A DNA stretch of 64,000 nt. Origin: Candidatus Eiseniibacteriota bacterium. Its GTDB lineage: Bacteria; Eisenbacteria; RBG-16-71-46. The DNA lies in NCBI GenBank assembly GCA_963725865.1, contig CAVSAC010000010.1, positions 64,001 to 128,000 on the forward strand, in the 5' to 3' direction. The translations under genes and the position numbers were made by a program. Of the stretch, positions 61,688 through 64,000 are shown piece after piece (within the stretch, counting starts at the first letter, position 1; each line of letters opens with the position of its first letter). The notes beneath the pieces were generated by a model. The model saw only the letters and a program-made list of their open reading frames with translations. It searched no databases and was not told where the DNA came from.

Positions 61688-62637
61688 GCCTCCCCGCCGA
61701 GCGCCAGCCGCTCGATCCGCGCTCCGCCCGCGATCCACTCCCACCGCACCTCGAGCACCCGCACGTCCTCAGCCGCCACCTCGCGCGGCCATCGTACCGC
61801 GTCCTTCGCGGTGAGCAGCACCTCCGCGTGGTCGCGGCGCGCGGCCGCCAGCTCGCGGCGGACTTCGGCGGCGCCGAACCAGTGATGGTCGCGGTAGGCC
61901 GCCACCGCCGCCACCTCGAGCCCCGCCTCGAGCGCGCTGGCCCGCACCGCGGCCGGGTTGCCGGTCGCCGTCACCACCCGCACGCGAGTCGCCGTCGCCG
62001 GCGTGCCGTCGAGCGCGTGCACGCCGGCGACCCGGTGGCGCGCGGTCGCGACCAGCGCCGCGGGAGCGGCGCGCCGCACCGCGGCCAGCAGCGGCTCGGG
62101 GTCCTGGCCCGGTACCAGCCGCGACACCACCACCGCGCTCGCGCGCTGCAGCGCGCGCAGCGGCTCGCGCAGCCGGCCAGCCGGCAGCAGGCGGCCGCCG
62201 CCCCACGGATCGCTGGCGTCCACCAGCACCAGGTCCACGTCGCGCGCGAGGCCCCAGTGCGAGAACCCGTCGTCGACCACGATCCAGCGCGCTCCCGCCG
62301 CCGCGGCGGCCCGCGCGAGATCGCGCTTGACCGTGCCTGCCCGCACCGCCGCCTCGCCGAGTACCGCCGCGTACATCAGCTCCTCGTCGCCGCGCCCGCC
62401 CGGTCCCGGCCGGTAGCGGCGGCACACCACCACCGGCGCGCGCCCCGCCGCGCGCGCGAGCTGCGCGAGGTGGAGCGTGAGCGTGGTCTTGCCGGTGCCG
62501 CCGACGGTCAGGTTGCCCACGCTCACCACGCGCGCCGGCACCCGCTCGGGCACGCGCAGCCCGCGCGCGTACAGCCGCCGGCGGGTCTCCCAGGCCGCGC
62601 GCGCCGCGCGCTCGCCGAGCTCGAGCAGCACGTTCAC
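61684..62637 (-). CDS. lpxK: tetraacyldisaccharide 4'-kinase
   Basis: VVSVGNLTVGGTGKT, GDE, DDGFSH, LLPAGRLREP, YRDHH, LTAKDAVR. Confidence 0.9.
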   Translation of the reverse strand: MNVLLELGERAARAAWETRRRLYARGLRVPERVPARVVSVGNLTVGGTGKTTLTLHLAQLARAAGRAPVVVCRRYRPGPGGRGDEELMYAAVLGEAAVRAGTVKRDLARAAAAAGARWIVVDDGFSHWGLARDVDLVLVDASDPWGGGRLLPAGRLREPLRALQRASAVVVSRLVPGQDPEPLLAAVRRAAPAALVATARHRVAGVHALDGTPATATRVRVVTATGNPAAVRASALEAGLEVAAVAAYRDHHWFGAAEVRRELAAARRDHAEVLLTAKDAVRWPREVAAEDVRVLEVRWEWIAGGARIERLALGGEA

Positions 62638-63890
62638 GCGTCCACCGGCCAGAGCCGCCAGCCGACCAGCGCGTGCGCCGCGCGCTGGGCCGCCCCGCGG
62701 GCATCCGCCACGGTCGCCAGCGCGGCGGCCGCGCAGCGCGCGCGCGCGTCGTCGTCGCCCAGCAGCTCGCCCAGCGCGGCCGCCAGGTCGGGGCCATCGC
62801 GCACCACCCGCACCCCGCCACGTTCCGCGAGCGCCCGGATCGCGGCGGCCTGCGAGGTGGTGTGGCTGCCGGTCAGCACCGCCGCGCCGCAGGCCGCCGG
62901 CTCGAGCGGGTTGTGCCCGCCGTAGGGCAACAGGCTCCCGCCGACGAACGCCACGTCGGCGCCGGCGTACCACGCGTTCAGCACCCCGAGGGACTCCTCC
63001 CAGCGCCACGCTCCGTCGCGCGGCGCGCCCTCCGTCACCAGCGTCACCCCGCGCGAGCGCGCCTCCTCGCGCAGTTCCGGCGCCGCCCGCGGGTGGCGCG
63101 GCAGCGTCGCCACCTGCCAGCGCGCCCGCAGCCGCTCGTCCAGCATGCCCCACGCCTGAGCGAGCAGCTTCGCCTCGCCGGGCCGCACGCTGCCGAGCAC
63201 CAGCAGTGGCCGCGCCGCGTCGAGGCCGAGCGCGCGCCGCGCGGCCGCCCGGTCCACCGGCGCCCGCGGGAGCGAATCGTTCTTGAGGTTGCCCACCACG
63301 CGGATGCGCGCGGCCGGCGCGCCGATGCGCTGCCAGCGCGCGGCGTCCTCGTCGCTCTGGCAGAGCACCGCCTCCAGCCCGCCCGCCAGCTCGCGCAGCC
63401 CTTCGCCCAGCCGCCCGTAGCCGCGCACCGAGCGCTCGGAGAGCCGGGCGCTGACGAACGCCACCGGCACGCGGGCGGCGCGCGCGTGCAGCAGCCAGTG
63501 CGGCCACAGCTCGGTCTCCACCACGAACAGCCGCCGCGGCCGCACCGCCGCGAAGAAGCGCCCGACCGCCTGCGGCGCGTCGATCGGCGCCAGCGAGACC
63601 GGCCACTCGAGCGCCAGCAGCCGCTCGCGCCCGGCGCGCGTGGTCGCGGTCAGCACCAGCCGCGCCGCGGGCTGGAACGCCAGCAACTCGCGCACCAGCG
63701 GCGGCACCGCGCCCGCCTCGCCCAGCGAGGCGGCGTGGACCCACGCATCGCACGGACCGCGCGCGGGCGTGCGGCCCATCCGCTCGCCCCAGTACACGCG
63801 CTCGTTCGGCGAGGCGAACCAGCGCGCCGCCGGCGCCAGCGCGCCGAGCGCCGGCGCGACCGCACGATAGGCGCTCCAAGCCAGGCTCAT
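62634..63890 (-). CDS. waaA: Kdo transferase
   Basis: WVHAASLGE, ETELWP, GNLKND, PRHP, AFVGGSL...GGHNPLEPA. Confidence 0.93.
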   Translation of the reverse strand: MSLAWSAYRAVAPALGALAPAARWFASPNERVYWGERMGRTPARGPCDAWVHAASLGEAGAVPPLVRELLAFQPAARLVLTATTRAGRERLLALEWPVSLAPIDAPQAVGRFFAAVRPRRLFVVETELWPHWLLHARAARVPVAFVSARLSERSVRGYGRLGEGLRELAGGLEAVLCQSDEDAARWQRIGAPAARIRVVGNLKNDSLPRAPVDRAAARRALGLDAARPLLVLGSVRPGEAKLLAQAWGMLDERLRARWQVATLPRHPRAAPELREEARSRGVTLVTEGAPRDGAWRWEESLGVLNAWYAGADVAFVGGSLLPYGGHNPLEPAACGAAVLTGSHTTSQAAAIRALAERGGVRVVRDGPDLAAALGELLGDDDARARCAAAALATVADARGAAQRAAHALVGWRLWPVDA

Positions 63891-64000
63891 GCGGTCTCCC
63901 GCGCGCGCGCTCGCACGTCGGCCGTGAGCGTCCGCAGCGCCTGCTCCAGCCGCGCGCGCCAGCTCTCGGCGGCCGCCTCGTCGAGGTCGCGCGGCACCTC
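63887..64000 (-). CDS. 3' end of a gene entering from beyond the window, probably DUF374/lysophospholipid acyltransferase-like
   Basis: ...EVPRDLDEAAAESWRARLEQALRTLT...; its TGA overlaps the waaA ATG; DUF374 genes commonly precede waaA. Confidence 0.5.
   Translation of the reverse strand, partial: EVPRDLDEAAAESWRARLEQALRTLTADVRARARETA

Overview
This is a very GC-rich diderm bacterial chromosome segment. Lipid A/Kdo genes and secreted proteins with FlgD-Ig/T9SS-like C-termini suggest an FCB-related candidate lineage such as Ca. Eisenbacteria (inference). Almost all genes lie on the minus strand. In coordinate order the window holds: a partial RNase R/II-family gene; a 31-aa bS22-like ribosomal protein missing from the ORF track; HU; an FmdB zinc-ribbon gene; a compact bacterial microcompartment (BMC) operon (2 BMC-H, 1 BMC-T, 3 BMC-P and an acylating aldehyde dehydrogenase, no signature enzyme); a ~660-nt intergenic region; an Opp/Dpp ABC importer; a lipoyl/octanoyl transferase; a five-gene uncharacterised membrane cluster; gcvT-H-PA-PB; two large secreted proteins (S8 protease, BNR-repeat protein); kbl-tdh-uvrA; a MacAB-TolC-like exporter with four permeases plus Yip1; a TonB-ExbD2-ExbB cluster with two STAS genes, a TPR protein and a PstS-like lipoprotein; asnS; a plus-strand TPR/DUF4388 pair; and LPS genes interleaved with proS and nadB. 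The most notable unexplained signal is a ~300-nt, densely base-paired, multi-branched plus-strand element (about 5330-5640) lying head-to-head with the BMC operon. It is a candidate uncharacterised large ncRNA. All structures were folded by eye and all family calls come from motif recognition, with no database searches run.
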